NCBI RefSeq assembly: GCF_009914755.1
Contig: NC_060926.1
Direction: 5' to 3' (one strand)
DNA length: 64,000 nt
Origin: the human T2T-CHM13v2.0 reference genome, Homo sapiens
Under the pieces are notes generated by a model. The model was not told the DNA's origin and did not search any database. It saw nothing but the letters and a program-made list of their open reading frames with translations. Below, piece after piece: positions 27,780 through 46,183 of the stretch; the first letter of the stretch is position 1; each line of letters starts with the position of its first letter. The position numbers and the translations under genes are program-made.

Positions 27780-28350
27780 CTCGGGGAAGGGCTAGGGAGA
27801 GAGGAGGCGTGGCCCCAGCCCCGCTCCACGCCGCGCGCCTCCTCGCTCCCCATCCAGCGCGGCGACCACCGGGGTGGCGGCGACAGCGGCGCTTCTCAAA
27901 CCTTTAGTCTCCCAAGAGCCGTTACGCGCCGCCCCTCTCAATCCCCACAAGTCTGGGCCCCTAACCTCCTAGCCCGTCACAGACTTCTCCGCGCAGCTAC
28001 GCTGCAAGAGGCTCTCTTAGCTAGAAAGCAACCACTGGGCGGGTACCTGAGCCGAGATGAATCCCTCATACACGGTTTTCGACCGGTTCTGGGGCAGAAG
28101 CAGGGGGCACTGGCGCAACAGGCTCGCTTCCGTCACCGCCATGGCTCGAAGTCCGGAGAAACACAGAAAAGCTCTAGACCTGCTGGGTCCTGCACATGCG
28201 CAGTCCGCTGGCGCTCGGACGCCGCGGAGCGGAAACCCCAGCCTTGGCGGGAAGATCCTGGAGGATTCCGCGGGCGGAAATGAAGGTGAAGCGCAGGCCA
28301 GGCCAAGTGGCGCTCTGCGGGAGGCGACATCAGGGCTCCCCAACCGGTAG
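27780..28350. promoter_or_regulatory. FANCL: CpG island / TATA-less FANCL promoter
   Basis: Sharp GC- and CpG-rich block in an AT-rich background around exon 1. NRF1-like TGCACATGCGCA at 28191-28202, ETS-like CGGAA cores at about 28230 and 28275, E2F-like TTGGCGGG at about 28244. Confidence 0.88.
28047..28142 (-). CDS. FANCL: FANCL coding exon 1 (MAVTEASLLRQCPLLLPQNRSKTVYEGFISAQ), Fanconi anemia E3 ubiquitin ligase
   Basis: ATG at 28142-28140 in strong Kozak context GCCATGG. 96 nt ending CAG|GTACCC donor. Peptide matches the human FANCL N-terminus. Lies inside a CpG island. Confidence 0.97.
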
Positions 28351-29160
28351 TGGGAGGGAAGATTGCCCTCAAGTCCACAGGACTGACTGACCAAGATCAT
28401 TCTAGCCTCAATTGTCCCAGGAGCCCTTTCGATGATTCTGTTTTACTTTATTGAAAGACTGTTACAACTTTGGTGTTGCATTTCCTCCAGAATAAAATGA
28501 CTTTTACAGCCTGGACGTTGTAGCACTCTGTCTTCTTTGCTGTTGTCCTCTCTCCCTTAACATACAGAATAATGTATTATTTTGTGTATAATTATTGTAA
28601 TATAATGTATAACACATTGATTATATCATATATATTACAGTTCTGTGGCTTACTAAGTTCAATCAGATATATTTGAGGCACACACATGTATACGTATATG
28701 TGTATTGATTAGACTCAAGTCAACACTGGACTCAGTTCTGTGTACGGCACTCACAAATATATAAAGCAAAACATGAGTAAAGATTGCTGATGGACTTGAA
28801 CTTAATTTTCCTCTGACAGCGCTTGCAATATGTTTTTCTAACTCAGGAATGTTATCCATCCCATCTTATTAAGAGTTGATTAAATAAGAAACCTACTAAA
28901 ATATTTACCATATGATTATTTGATTTTCCAATTTTCCAATTTTCCAATGCATCACGTTTGAGCCCTACTATTTGAAAAACATCATTGTAATGTGCCAAAG
29001 GTTGAGCAAAGATTATTTCGTCCCCTACCCATCTTTATTGACCTCAAGACAGAATTTGACATCCTGAAGATTCTTAAAGTTTGACAAGAATTTGTCACAG
29101 CATTCTGGATGCTTACAGAAAAGAATGCTGGAGCAGTGGTTAGATATAAATTACATTAAA

Positions 29161-29820
29161 GCAGTGGTTCTCAAAACGTGATCCTAGAACCTAGCAACAG
29201 CATCACCTGGGAACTATGTAGAAATACAAGTTTTCACCGCTGATGGGGTTCAGGATATGCTACCCCAAAATATGGCCCCTTGACATTTGAGAAAACAACA
29301 AAACCTAAGATCACTCTCTGACCTTCTCCCATCCTTCTTCCCTGAGGCGGGTCATTGGATCCTCAATCCAGAGGTGCTCTTCCTATACCCACAGGAAAGA
29401 AATATCCTTATCTCTAAAGAAACGGAGACATAGAAAAGAATCTGAACAAAAAGACCTTTGACAACTTACCCCAGTTTATTACCATTAGACCATGCTTTGT
29501 CCAACCGTACTTCCCCACAACTGTCCACTGTTCCTTCTAAAAATGCACAGGTTTTCCTGTTTCTTTGGGCTTCATCTCTGAAGGCTCCCATGCCACATAA
29601 AACTTAAATAAATTTGCACGCTTTTCTCTTATTAATCTGTCTTTTCTTATAAGGGACTCAAACAGGAATCTAGCAACAGGAAAGAAAGATGTTTCTCATT
29701 CCCTACAGGCCCCTATTTCAAACCTCGGGAATCCCAAACACTGGCAATAGGGCTCAGCAGTCTGCGTTTTAACAAGCTCTCCAGGTGATTCTGATGCATG
29801 CTAAGGTTTGAGGATCTCTG
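29161..29820. mobile_element. MER5A split by a MER31-type LTR
   Basis: cagtggttctcaaa...cagcatcacctgggaact at 29162-29240 and gttttaacaagctctccaggtgattctgatgcatgctaaggtttgag at 29708-29820. Confidence 0.75.
29241..29707 (+). mobile_element. MER31-type ERV1 solo LTR
   Basis: TGATGGGGTTCAGGATATGCTACCCCAAAATATGG...AATAAA...CCCTACA. Confidence 0.75.
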
Positions 29821-30199
29821 CAGGGGCAGGACATAACACCTGCTTTATTTTGCAACTCGGTAATTAAGGACGGCCATGCTACATGTTTTCCTATAAGAAT
29901 AAAGTAGAGGCTGTGCAAAAGTGGGATCAACACAAAGATTAAGAGAACATATAGTCCCTTACTTCAAGCACTTTATAATTTATCTGTGAATTAAGATCTT
30001 TATTGTATCCAGTATGTTAAACTTCCCCACCACCACACTTTCCCCCATGGAACTTCTACCCTTTCTTTAAAGTTCTTCTCAAGTGCTATGTCTTTTTGGA
30101 AAGCTTTTTTAATCTTCTGAAAATTATTGCTCTCCCTAATCATTTAGCATATTTCCTGCTGCATCGTAGGTGCTAATAAATTATTTACTAAATATCTTA

Positions 30200-30400
30200 A
30201 TTTGGGTTGTTATAGCAGAATACCATAAACTGGATAGGTAATCCGCAGAAATTAATTATTTCTTAGTTATGGAGGCTGAGAAGTCCAAAATCAAGACGCA
30301 AGGACAAGATTTGGTGTCTGGTGAGGAGTCACTTCCTGGAACACAGTCTTTTGGCTGTGACCTTACATCACATTCACCTTTACTATTGATACACTGGACA
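30200..30400 (-). mobile_element. MaLR (MLT1/MST) LTR fragment
   Basis: gaataccataaactgg...agttatggaggctgagaagtccaaaatcaag...ggtgtctggtgagg. Confidence 0.6.
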
Positions 30401-32929
30401 GTGTGACCACTTGCCAAAAGCAGTTGGCTCCTTGATTCGGAATCCCCATAATTAGGTAACTAGACTTAAAGATTTCCAGCACGTTTATTGCTAATTTATC
30501 ATCTTAGATTTTAAAGAAAAGACATCCAAGTCACTGTTATGATAGTTGAACTTGTAAATGAGCATTCCTTATCAATAAAATCTATAATTGAAGAAATCCA
30601 ATGACCAAGGAACAAGGTAAGATACCATATAAAAACTTTTTAATTCAATTACTCGACTATTATCCTTAGGTGTTCAAGACTGAAAGTTGGATACTCACTA
30701 CCATCATCAATTCATACGTGGTTGTGCTGGAACCATTTATATATAGCCCAGTTGAAGTCAGCCACCCCAAAATCCAAAAAAAAAAAAAACAAAAATGCTC
30801 AATATGTTTAAAGATCAGAAAGCCAAGGAACTACTTCTACCACCATCAGCATGATTTCAATTTTGGAATCACTCTGACAAACTGCACAAAGATCCTCATT
30901 AAAGTTCAAGTTCCACCAGGTATCCTAGGCAGGATTTCATTTATATACTTTGCCACAAAAATTACTACTATTTAAATGCTATTGCCTGAGGAAGAACTTT
31001 ATATTCTAACACAGAAAAATATCCAAACATTTTGACAAATAAAAAGCACAAATTCCAGAATGGTATGCTTACTATTATAACATTTATATTCAAATATATA
31101 AGTAAAGTTGCTCTGTATTACTAGCAATGGTTACTTTAGGGGAGGGAGATGGGAACAAAGAATGGAGATAATGGCCCATGGAGACTTTTATCTTTTATAT
31201 TTTAATTTTTTAAAGGAGAATTATTAGTCTTAAAATTAAAAATTAAAATTTAAAATGCTTATACCATTCCAATTAGCATCTGTTATCCTTATTTTATAGC
31301 CCAAATGTTTAGCCATGTCCCAAGAGTTTCTTCTCCCAGTTCCCACCAGTAATGGAAGAAGATAGGATGCCTGCCATTAACATTAATAAGATTAATAAAG
31401 GAGAGATTGTTTGAGTCTGCTGAGAAGAAAGATGAAGGAAGAGACTTGCGAAATGTGAAAATAAAGGGAAAATGAAAATTAGGGGAAAGTGAAGGAAGAA
31501 TAGCCATTTAAAAGAGTTTTCAAAAAAACTGGAAAAGCAAGCCAATAATATCCTATTCTCTGTGGCACTGTGTCATAGAATGGAAAAGACAGCAGATAGT
31601 CAAGATTAAGGCATGATCAGGAGTGTAAAATGCTACCTAAAGGTTGAAAAAACTGAGAATTATAGAGAGGCCTTTGGATTTGATCACGCAAAAGCATTTA
31701 TTAATTTGAAAGATCAGTTTGCTCTTGCCTGTTTTTCTATCCATGCACTAAACAGCAGTTTATAAATTGCGATGTAGTGAATAATTTTTCAGCCTTGAAA
31801 AGACCATATCCATAAGAAATAAACTACAAAGACTTAATTATGTGACCAAAGTCTGGTAGGGTGATATATGGAGAAGACAACCTGGCTCCTATAACCCTAC
31901 CCCAACTCTTTTGGAGCACACTCCCTTGGTAGGTAGGTTTTACCAATAATGAGTCTAGATCCATTGCAGGTACAGAATAACAATTTCTGCTTCACTCTGG
32001 GCTGTAGACTTGAGGAGCAATGGTACCCACAACCCAACTACAGGTAAACAAAAGACCATTTAAGGGTTAAGTCTGCTAAAAGAGTTGATGGGTTACAAAG
32101 ATTGGGCTGGAATCAGAAGAATATTTATGGGGTCATCATCTAAAGAAAGGATAAGAATGTAAACGGGCCGTTTAAAAGTATAGAAGAATCCAGATTATTA
32201 AACAACCCTCTTCTTAGCAAAGCACGAAGACCCTCTTCCCAAGAAACACCATCCCCACACCCAGTGAAAGCCACTGATTAGAGAGATTAACAGCTCTTTT
32301 GTACTTTTTAATAAGCCACTGGGAGAAATGTCCTCAGATTACTAGCATCTAACAAAAATTACAACTCAGGAAATAAATGTTGCAGTTGACAGTGGCAGAA
32401 TAGAAGAGACCTATTTACAGGGGGTGCAAGCTTGAGAAGGCCACAGTTGTAGAGGTTAGGAGAAAAAAGAGAATAATAAGTACATAGGATTAGAGAAGAG
32501 TAGTTGTTAAGAGGAGGAGGAAGCATGCAGCAAGAGAAATCAAAGGGAAAAATGACTCTATGTTTATTTTGAAATTCTGCTTGAGGCTAGTCAATCCCAC
32601 TTGCCCTAAGATACCAAAAGGAAAGCAATTCCATCCCTGAGAAAAGGATTTCCAACATCCAAAGAGGAAAGAAGATGCACAAATCCCTCACTTTTACTCT
32701 GGAAACTCGAGCTAATAGATCAAAGGGAATGAGAGGAAACAGATTTAATCTTACTCATTCTCAATAAAAGTTTCTAATACTGTCCCTAAACCATCAAAAT
32801 CATTTTAAAATATTTTAATACATAGGTGCCTAGGTGATGCTGAAAGGTTCTCAAAAGTATGATCTCTGGACCAGCAGCATCGGCATCACCTTAAAAGAAC
32901 ACACCAACTCTGATCTACTGGATCTCTCA

Positions 32930-33371
<442 letters not shown>

Positions 33372-35680
33372 TCATATCTGATTTTATTGTGCAGCTATAA
33401 TTGAAAGTTATTGCATTAATCAAATGAATAATTGTTCAGACAGAAGTTTTACAGTGCCAAACTCAGAGTTAGCCTGGCACATATTTAAGGCTTAGAGGAC
33501 ATCAGCTAAAAAAATGTAGTCTGTTAGTGTCAAGCCATTATTTAAAAGAACTTCTTAATGTAAAAATTATTTTAGTTATAAACAGATAAACTTTTTTTTA
33601 AGCTAAAAAATCTATCTCAATTTGGATCAGACATTAGGGAGCTGAAATTTTCTTGACCCGTCCATTGCAGTCCCAGATGGCTGCCAGAACTCTAACCATA
33701 ACTAGAGGGAAGGACAATAATAGCTTTCTCAGAGGTCCTTTCGAACACTAGCCATTCTCATATGCAAAGGGGCTGGGAAATACAGTTTTTTTAAGCTAAT
33801 ATATTACCTAGAGTTCTATTAGTAAGAATAAAGAAGAGAATGTTTACAAGATGCACTACTCCCCATTTCTGCAACACTATGAAATCCTTCTAACACACAC
33901 AAAAATTAAAACTTTTTTGGCATTGCATTACTAATAAAATGTATACTCTATATGACGAATTTTCAGACTGAAGGTCCAATATGATCACTGTAATTCCAAA
34001 GATATTACAGTATGTTTACCAGGTATTTTCTATTTTTTCAAAACTATTTTTTCTTTCATGTGACTACTAAAATTAATTTATATTTTGTTGCTTACCTGAA
34101 GTGAACATCATCTATGAAAATACTAAAGATGGATGGGTAACATTATAAGAAGCAATAAGGAACCAGTTTTACATTTTAGAGAATGTGTGATCTATACAGT
34201 AATGAAATATGCTCAAATAAATAAGGAGATAATGAAATTATAGTTTTTTTATCCTAAAATGTCCTTCATCTATGAAAAATAAATAAGATTTGGTTATGGC
34301 CTATGCCATCTCTTTTAAACAATCCTTTGTTGATTGGGATAGGATTTGCTGAAATAACAATTTGGTTTCTATTTAATGTTGTTTGTTTCTAAATACAACA
34401 AATAAAATAACATATAATACCTGTAATCTGAAAATACCTGACTTTATGAAATGTTGTTAAATAAATTTTAAAAAGTTAATTAACTTTTGTTCCAAAATTT
34501 AAAATGGATTTTTATAAGTATACAGTAATTTCAAAATAACAAAAACATTTCAAGTATCTTAGCAACACTTTCTTATATTCTACAAAATCTTAAGTATATA
34601 AAAGTCATTATTAGCAGATATAATTATGCATTTGCTGATGGTTATGTGTAATTGGCAAAAGGTTTTTTTTAAAAACAATCTACTTAAATACAGCAGGAAA
34701 CATAAAAATGATTTTCTTTTGAGCAAGTACCACATATAGAAGTATATACCAAAAAAAAAATCCGGAAATGTTCCTAGAAATAGGAGACAACCAAATATCC
34801 AGTAAGTTGGAAATGGGTAAGTTATAGTAACATAGTAGAATGTCTAAAAGCCATTAAAATTACATGTAGGCATACAATATTGGAACATAAGAAGTATATA
34901 TAAGATACAAATGTGTGAAAAAGACCAAAACAATGCCAAGATGAAGAGAAGGATATATAATTAGCTGATATTTTAAAAGTAAAGAATCTTTCATTTTTCT
35001 ATTTAAAGCAAGTTACTTTACAATGAATTTTTAAAAATAAGACATTAGCAAAGATTTTCAGAAATCTAAATGCTGTCAGAATTAAAAAGTCATCTATTAA
35101 ATTAAAGGAAGCACAGTAACATGAAAAGAGAATAAAGAAACTTGGGTTCAAATAGTTGATTTTATTGTTTTCACTTAATATATCTTAGAGTTTATTGCAC
35201 ACCAGTAACTATAGATCAACCTCATTCTCTCTAAAGGTAACATAAAGTTTATTTTGAGAAGACTAATACTAACTTTTCTCATTTTAAAAAATTAAGATAT
35301 GATTTACATAAATTTTACTCTTTTTAGTGTGTATAAGTTTTGACCAATGTATACATTCAAGAGTAATTTTTATTGATACTGCAAAATTGCCCTCTTGAGA
35401 AGTTGTACCAGTTCACTCTCCCACAGTTATTTATGAGTACTTGCTTTTCTATAGCCTTATCAATTCATATGTGTCATCAAATGCTTTGATCTTTGCCAAT
35501 ATGTTAGTGAAAGTGGCATTGTGTTATAATTTAAATTTTTATTTCTTTTATTATGATAAAGCCAAGCATCTTATATATAAGATCCATTAATAGTTCCTTT
35601 TCTTGAATTCTCCATATTTTTTGGGGGGGTGCTCATTTTCCTTTTGTGGGTTGGCCTTCTTTTCATGAATGCTAGACTTC

Positions 35681-36007
<327 letters not shown>

Positions 36008-38226
36008 TGACTTCGGATAAGTTACTTAATGATTTCTGAGGTTGTTTGCAACTATAAAAATGCATTTGTGAAAAATGAATGGTTTTACAAAATAATTACA
36101 GTTAAATATGAATTATCTGGATGATAAATCTAAAAAAGAACTTACTTTGAAACTGTTATTCATATTGTTTGTTACTCTGTTTAATAAAAATGTTTGTGAA
36201 ATCTAAAGTGAAGTGCCAACATTGGGTATTTTCACTATTTCGTCAACAACAGAGAAGAAAGTTTAACCTTACACATTTTCAGTTGGAAAATAAGTACTTT
36301 CGGGAAATGATGTTGTAAAGTTATGAACCAATTATTGCACTGGGAGATGAAGTTCATGTTCAGTATAGAGTGAGCAACAACAAGCAATTGAGGCAAAATA
36401 TCTTTACATAAAGTTTTACTATTTTGTTTGATGAAATGAGAATTCCCGAAATTTATTAGACGCTTATATTCAAATTATGAACATAAAAACCTTACAAATT
36501 CAGATGTAGATAATCTCCTTTCTGTAGGTTTATATCATTCAAAAATGATTATATATTATCATTTTAAAATGACAAAAACATTTTAAGTAACTATTGAAAA
36601 TTAACAGGAATTCAAAACTATTCTTTAAACTCTTCCTAAGTCGATAAAGTTGTTTTTTTAAAAAGAAAAATGGTTATTCTTCAAATAGTCCACTTGAGGA
36701 GGATTCAATTTAATCTCATTTCCTTTATGGCCTAAAAAATAAGGCACAAAGAAAAAGATATTATGGAAGGAAAAAGGCACAAAGGAAAAGATATCACATG
36801 TCAAGGCTGACTAGTCCAAGTTTTATAGCTGGGCTTCTAAATGAAAACCGGACTGACAAAGATAAAAGATAAAATCGTACAAGTTTTAGGACTTTTAGAA
36901 TATTGATATTTATCCTAGTAAACAAATATAAATAAAATCTGGTAACATTAACATAAAGTTATTTTCTACATTTAAAATTTGTTCAATTTTCTAAAACTAA
37001 GTATTTTTACCTTACCTTAGTGTTCCATCATTTCATAGACAGCACAACCTAAATTACACACTCTTCATCTACTGTCCTGAGACTGAAAAACAGATGTAGA
37101 TTCAGAAGAATGTGAAATTTTAATGGCCCCATTGGATAAGCAAATGAGTTCACTCAATGAAGATAAATCCCCATAGGCAATTCCTTCCCAAGAATAGTCT
37201 TGGCTTTTCCTTTAGTCAATTTTCAGTGAACCTAATTTAATTGAAATACAACTTTATATACTGTGGAGGATGTATTGAGCTAAAACCCTAAGTCTTTAGG
37301 CCATTTAAAAATGGAGTAACAACACCCATATTAGATGTGACTATGGATAGTAATGGACAAAGATAAATCTTGCAAGAAAGGGTGGTGTAGAGCCAGGGAC
37401 CACAGAGAACAATGGACTTCTTTCCAATGATCAGAATTAAAATTGATTCAAGAAATATTTTCTCCTGCCAGAGCAGAGGCTTTTTCCAGTTCTTACCCTG
37501 TAGGATTTCATTACTGCTATGAACCGGCAACTGTTCTGTATTTTCTGCTATTCCTTTTTCAAAATAGGTAAGCTTATTGTATTTATCCTACTCCTGCTGT
37601 ACCACTGTATTTTGCATCTCCGATGTTGTATGTGTGTCTGTTTGTATCAGGTGTGTGTCTGGGTGGCGGGAGGGTAGTTGCAGTGACCAGAGGAATCTAA
37701 ATCCAGATTCTCATAGAAGGACATGCACCACCAGCAGTCCTGGAATTTGAGATAAATACAGTTGGGTTGTCCACTTTGGGAAGGGGATGAGTAAACTTTA
37801 TGTGAGGGAAGAAGAAGGCTATTCAGCTATCAGAAGGGTAAACTACAGTAGAGTCTGTTAAGTGCTAATCAAGCTCATTTCCTTTTCCTCTTGGGCCCAT
37901 AGCTAAGCTACATTTTCCCACCTTTCTTTCAGATTGATGTACAAGTGATTGAGTGGCAGCCAATGGAATGTGGGTGGTCCATTAAAAACCTACTATGCTT
38001 GATTCAACATTCTCTTCTCCTATCCGCTAGTTTGAATAACGGATTCTGGGGCCCTCGGAATGATAAACCTACAAAGTAAAAGTTGTGTCTCAAATGTCTT
38101 CCAATCGGCTTGATACGAACTAGGAATAAACTTTTTGGTATTAAGGCACTGCAATTGTGAGGTTCATTTGTTACACTCGTATACAGCATGCATTATTCTA
38201 AGTAAAATGGTGAGTATCATATTTAG

Positions 38227-39513
<1,287 letters not shown>

Positions 39514-40078
39514 AAAGTAAAGCTTATTGTAAAAAGCTTTATTGTAAACAATTTTATGTAAAAAGCCAAACATTTACAATATGCCTAAAGCATATCCTTT
39601 GGAACTAAACTTACAATGAAAAATTTTAGATGTCAACAGAAATATATGCAATCAAAAATATTAATTTAGAGAATATTCATGTAACTGAAAACATTTAAAG
39701 ACCACTGCTCTGATGCACCGTAATTATTCTTCCATTAGTTTCTATGATAAAACCTGAATGATATAGTGCAGATTAAGGATGCACACTCAGACACATTCAA
39801 TGAGTCTAAAACAACTACCCTGAGATAAACAATTATAAATAATATTGTCTATTTATCAAAGTTTTTTTCTGTTGAACTTCCATTTGAAAACACTTCATTA
39901 GCCTCTTGTTACTGTGGAGTAATGAAACCGAATACCTTTAGGAACACTAATTACTACAGACTGGTAACAAATTCATGCTGAATTTCTGGAATATTTTATT
40001 ACACCTAAGTTTGCTCTTGCCTTTTTTATTCCTTATTTCTAAGGTCAATAATTCTGAACATCTAAAAATCTCAGAAAG

Positions 40079-40605
<527 letters not shown>

Positions 40606-40917
40606 TTATCTTATGATATAATCAATTTTCTATGTGCCTCAGATTTGTTTATTACCAAAGTATTTTAAAACCCACATTATTTTGCTATTCTAATTATCTT
40701 AAAGTAGACTGTTTTCCAGATGTATACAAAACTTCAACATCAAAGTAACTTAATGCCGGTAAAATAGAAATGTATATCTGATGCAATCAATAATTTCTCT
40801 GTACCAAATCTTCCTAATGAACTTATTTCATGAAAAGAAATTCTTTTTTTAGCAACTAAAATGATCTAATGACTACATTTAAATATTTTGACTACTTATC
40901 TTTTCAATAATCATGTC

Positions 40918-41228
<311 letters not shown>

Positions 41229-41715
41229 TAAAACATTACCAAAAATGGACACAGTTAAAATGATCTTAGTCATTGATTTACATAGGAAGAAGGTGGGTTT
41301 TTTCTGAATTAGGTAATTGAGACAAAAACAGCACCAATTGGCCTGACTTATCCAAATGGGAAATTTTTTGGTAGAATTTACCTCATGACTGGCAAACTTC
41401 TACTTTATCATTTTTAAGGATGAGGTGCTGTGCTGCCCACATTCTCCTCAGGACTGATTGACATTGCCTCACCTGCTGAGAAGGTTGTCCAGCCACAGTG
41501 CTCAACTGCCAGCTTTTTCTGTGAATTGACCTTTGCTGAAAAGTGAGCTGAATGCTTAAAGTCAATGCTCAAGTTCCCAGGTTGGCACTGATTTAATGCC
41601 TGCCAGTGCAGGAGTAAGAAGGCTGTGCCCCCTCCTTCCAATAGAGAATAACTCTGAAGGGCTATCTCAGCTTCAGATCTCCTTTTACAATCAGATGATG
41701 CCTTTTTGTGCCTAA

Positions 41716-42129
<414 letters not shown>

Positions 42130-42699
42130 TAAACATTCTCTCTCACAGACTGCTTCATAGACAATCCAACCAGTGATGATCATAAAATAATATTTGAATA
42201 AATATATTTGCAGGGTAGCTGATGCTGTTGTTTAAGACTAATGATTTAATAAGGGTGATTACTTTCATTTGTATATTTTTCAAAACTCCTTCATATACAT
42301 TATGTAATTTGGGCTTGCCAATTATTCTGCGAGGTAGCCTGAGCAAGGATTACTATACATTTTACAGTTTTGTAAACTAAGGCTTGGAGAGAAGTGGCTT
42401 CTTGATTCCAGGCAGACATAATTTCTATTTTCTCCTAGTTTTATTATTTGCCTATAGCACCGTTTCTCTAAAAGACTTTTATTCCTAATTGTTATAAAAT
42501 TCTAGCTCAAAATTTCTTATCATATTCCCCAACCCAAGAATGCATAGTAAGTTCCTACTCATCCTGGCAGTATGAAATTCAATGTCATAACTGTATTTGA
42601 ATGTTTTTCAAGATCTTACTCCCAATTCTTTGTCCACACACTTTATATTGCCTTCTTCCATTTATTTTTTAACGTGTTTATTGAGCAACTGCTGTAAAT

Positions 42700-42935
42700 G
42701 CAGCATAACATTTCTTGAGAACTTACTATGTGCTAAGCACTATAGTGAGTGTTTTTCATGCATTATCTCATTGAATCTCTGTTGACAGTTCTATCATCTC
42801 CATTATATAAATGAGAAAACTGAGGCTTAGGGAACTTAAATGATTTTCCCAAGGTCACACAACTAGTATGTCACAACACTAGGACTCAAACTTAGGTTTA
42901 TCTAATTCTGAAATCCATGCTCTTTGCCTCTGTAC
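42700..42935 (-). mobile_element. MIR SINE
   Basis: cattatataaatgagaaaactgaggcttagggaacttaaatgattttcccaaggtcacacaactag core. Confidence 0.8.
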
Positions 42936-43086
42936 TAGACCTCTATGATACAAGAAAAAAGATAACATAAGATGTAGCTCCTACTCTCTGCTCTCTAACT
43001 ACACTCTACTGTGCTCCTACTCTCACTATACTATATAGTGTCTTCCTAATATTAGGAAGACACTATAGCACTTGATTATATTTTTA

Positions 43087-44785
<1,699 letters not shown>

Positions 44786-45326
44786 CACTTGATTATATTT
44801 TTAATGTAAGGAGTTCAGAGAGGGGATCTCGGAAGTCAAACTGAATGAATGGACTTGAGTCCAGACTCTGAAAGTTACTAGTGTATTATTGGGGGAAAAT
44901 TACTTAACTCCTCTTTCCCCCTATTTTCTTATCTCTTAAATATGGAATAACAAAATATATACCTTTAGGACTGTTGGGAGGATTAATAAGATATATGTAA
45001 CATGGCTTAGTACATAGCTCTCAATAGATGTTAGCAATTATTAAAAATAATGTTAGTATTATTATAGTTATAATTATTAGGATATCCCACCAGAAATTAA
45101 ACTTGTAAGGTTTCTTCTTTCTTTCCCATTGAGAGAGATGCCCACAGAGGACAAGTTACTCTGAGGCATTGTGATTAGTTCTACTTTTCAAAGGGAAGTG
45201 TTTGGCTTATCTGGAGTCCCATAAGGTTAGCTAAGTCAAAAATGGCTTGGTACATCTACTTTCCTGAAAAGGATATACATGAATTAGATATTTTTTTTCA
45301 GAGTCAAAAATGATAGCTATACCATC

Positions 45327-45682
45327 TGATATGGTTTGGCTGTGTCTCTATCCAAATCATCTTGAACTGTAGTTCCTGTAATCCCCATGTGTTTGTTGTG
45401 GGAGGGACCCAGTGGGAGGTAACTGAATTATGGAGGTGGTTACCCTCATGCTGTTCTAGTCATAGTGAGTTCTCACAAGATCTGATGGTTTGATTAGGGG
45501 CTTCCCCCTACACTCAGAACTCATTCTCTCTCCTGCTGCCCTGTGAAGAGGTGATTTCCACCATGATTGCAAGTTTCCTGAGGCCTCCCCAGCCATGTGG
45601 AACTGCAAGTCAATTAAACCTCTTTCCTTTATAAATTACCCAGTCTCGGGTATGTCTTTTTTAGCAGTGTGAGAATAATACA
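45327..45682 (+). mobile_element. THE1-type MaLR solo LTR
   Basis: TGATATGGTTTGGCTGTGTC...ATAAATTACCCAGTCTCGGGTATGTC...AATACA; near-perfect 5-bp TSD (ccatc/gcatc). Confidence 0.88.
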
Positions 45683-45967
45683 GCATCCCTGATGATATGT
45701 ATCTCTAAGGGTAGTCGATACAGGATCACAAGAAGCAGGCAGAAGAACCAGTTCTAATGCCATGATTCTGGGGTGGCTGGAGTGAGGAAGGGAGTGTTTT
45801 TTGCCCCATGGACTGGAAGAGCCACACCTTAAAAACTCTGAATCTGGGAACCCAATCAAAGGCACACTGACAGAACTCAGGATTGGCAGGGTGATATTTC
45901 TCCCTCTAAGATCTATAGTAGCCTGTGTACAGTGTTTCAACAACAGCAGACCTGAATGCCCTAAAAC

Positions 45968-46183
45968 AATGGTTTTCGACTGGGGCAATGTTGACCCCCA
46001 GGGGACATTTGGCAATGCTTGGAGACAGTTTGGTTATCACAACTTGTGTGTGGGGAGTACTACTGGTGTCTAGTAGATAGAAGCCAAGGATGTTGCTAAA
46101 CATCCTACAACGCACAAAGTGACCTCCCTCAACAAAGAATAATCCCCCCAAAATGTCAAATGTGCCTAGGTTGAGAAACCCTG
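45968..46183 (+). mobile_element. MER20 DNA transposon
   Basis: cccccaggggacatttggcaatg...gatgttgctaaacatcctacaa...ggttgagaaaccctg. Confidence 0.85.

Noticed and set aside
27782-27810. G-rich stretch as a G-quadruplex
   Set aside because: Only three runs of 3 or more G; not a canonical G4 and unremarkable at a CpG-island edge.
28017-28400. 127-aa ORF suggesting an N-terminally extended FANCL
   Set aside because: It begins at a non-ATG codon in promoter DNA and reads through the exon 1 donor into the intron. Only 28047-28142 is supported, and open frames are expected in GC-rich DNA.
36800-36950. Possible hAT-type DNA transposon remnant (similar hint at about 9640-9900)
   Set aside because: Too degenerate to assign or delimit by eye.
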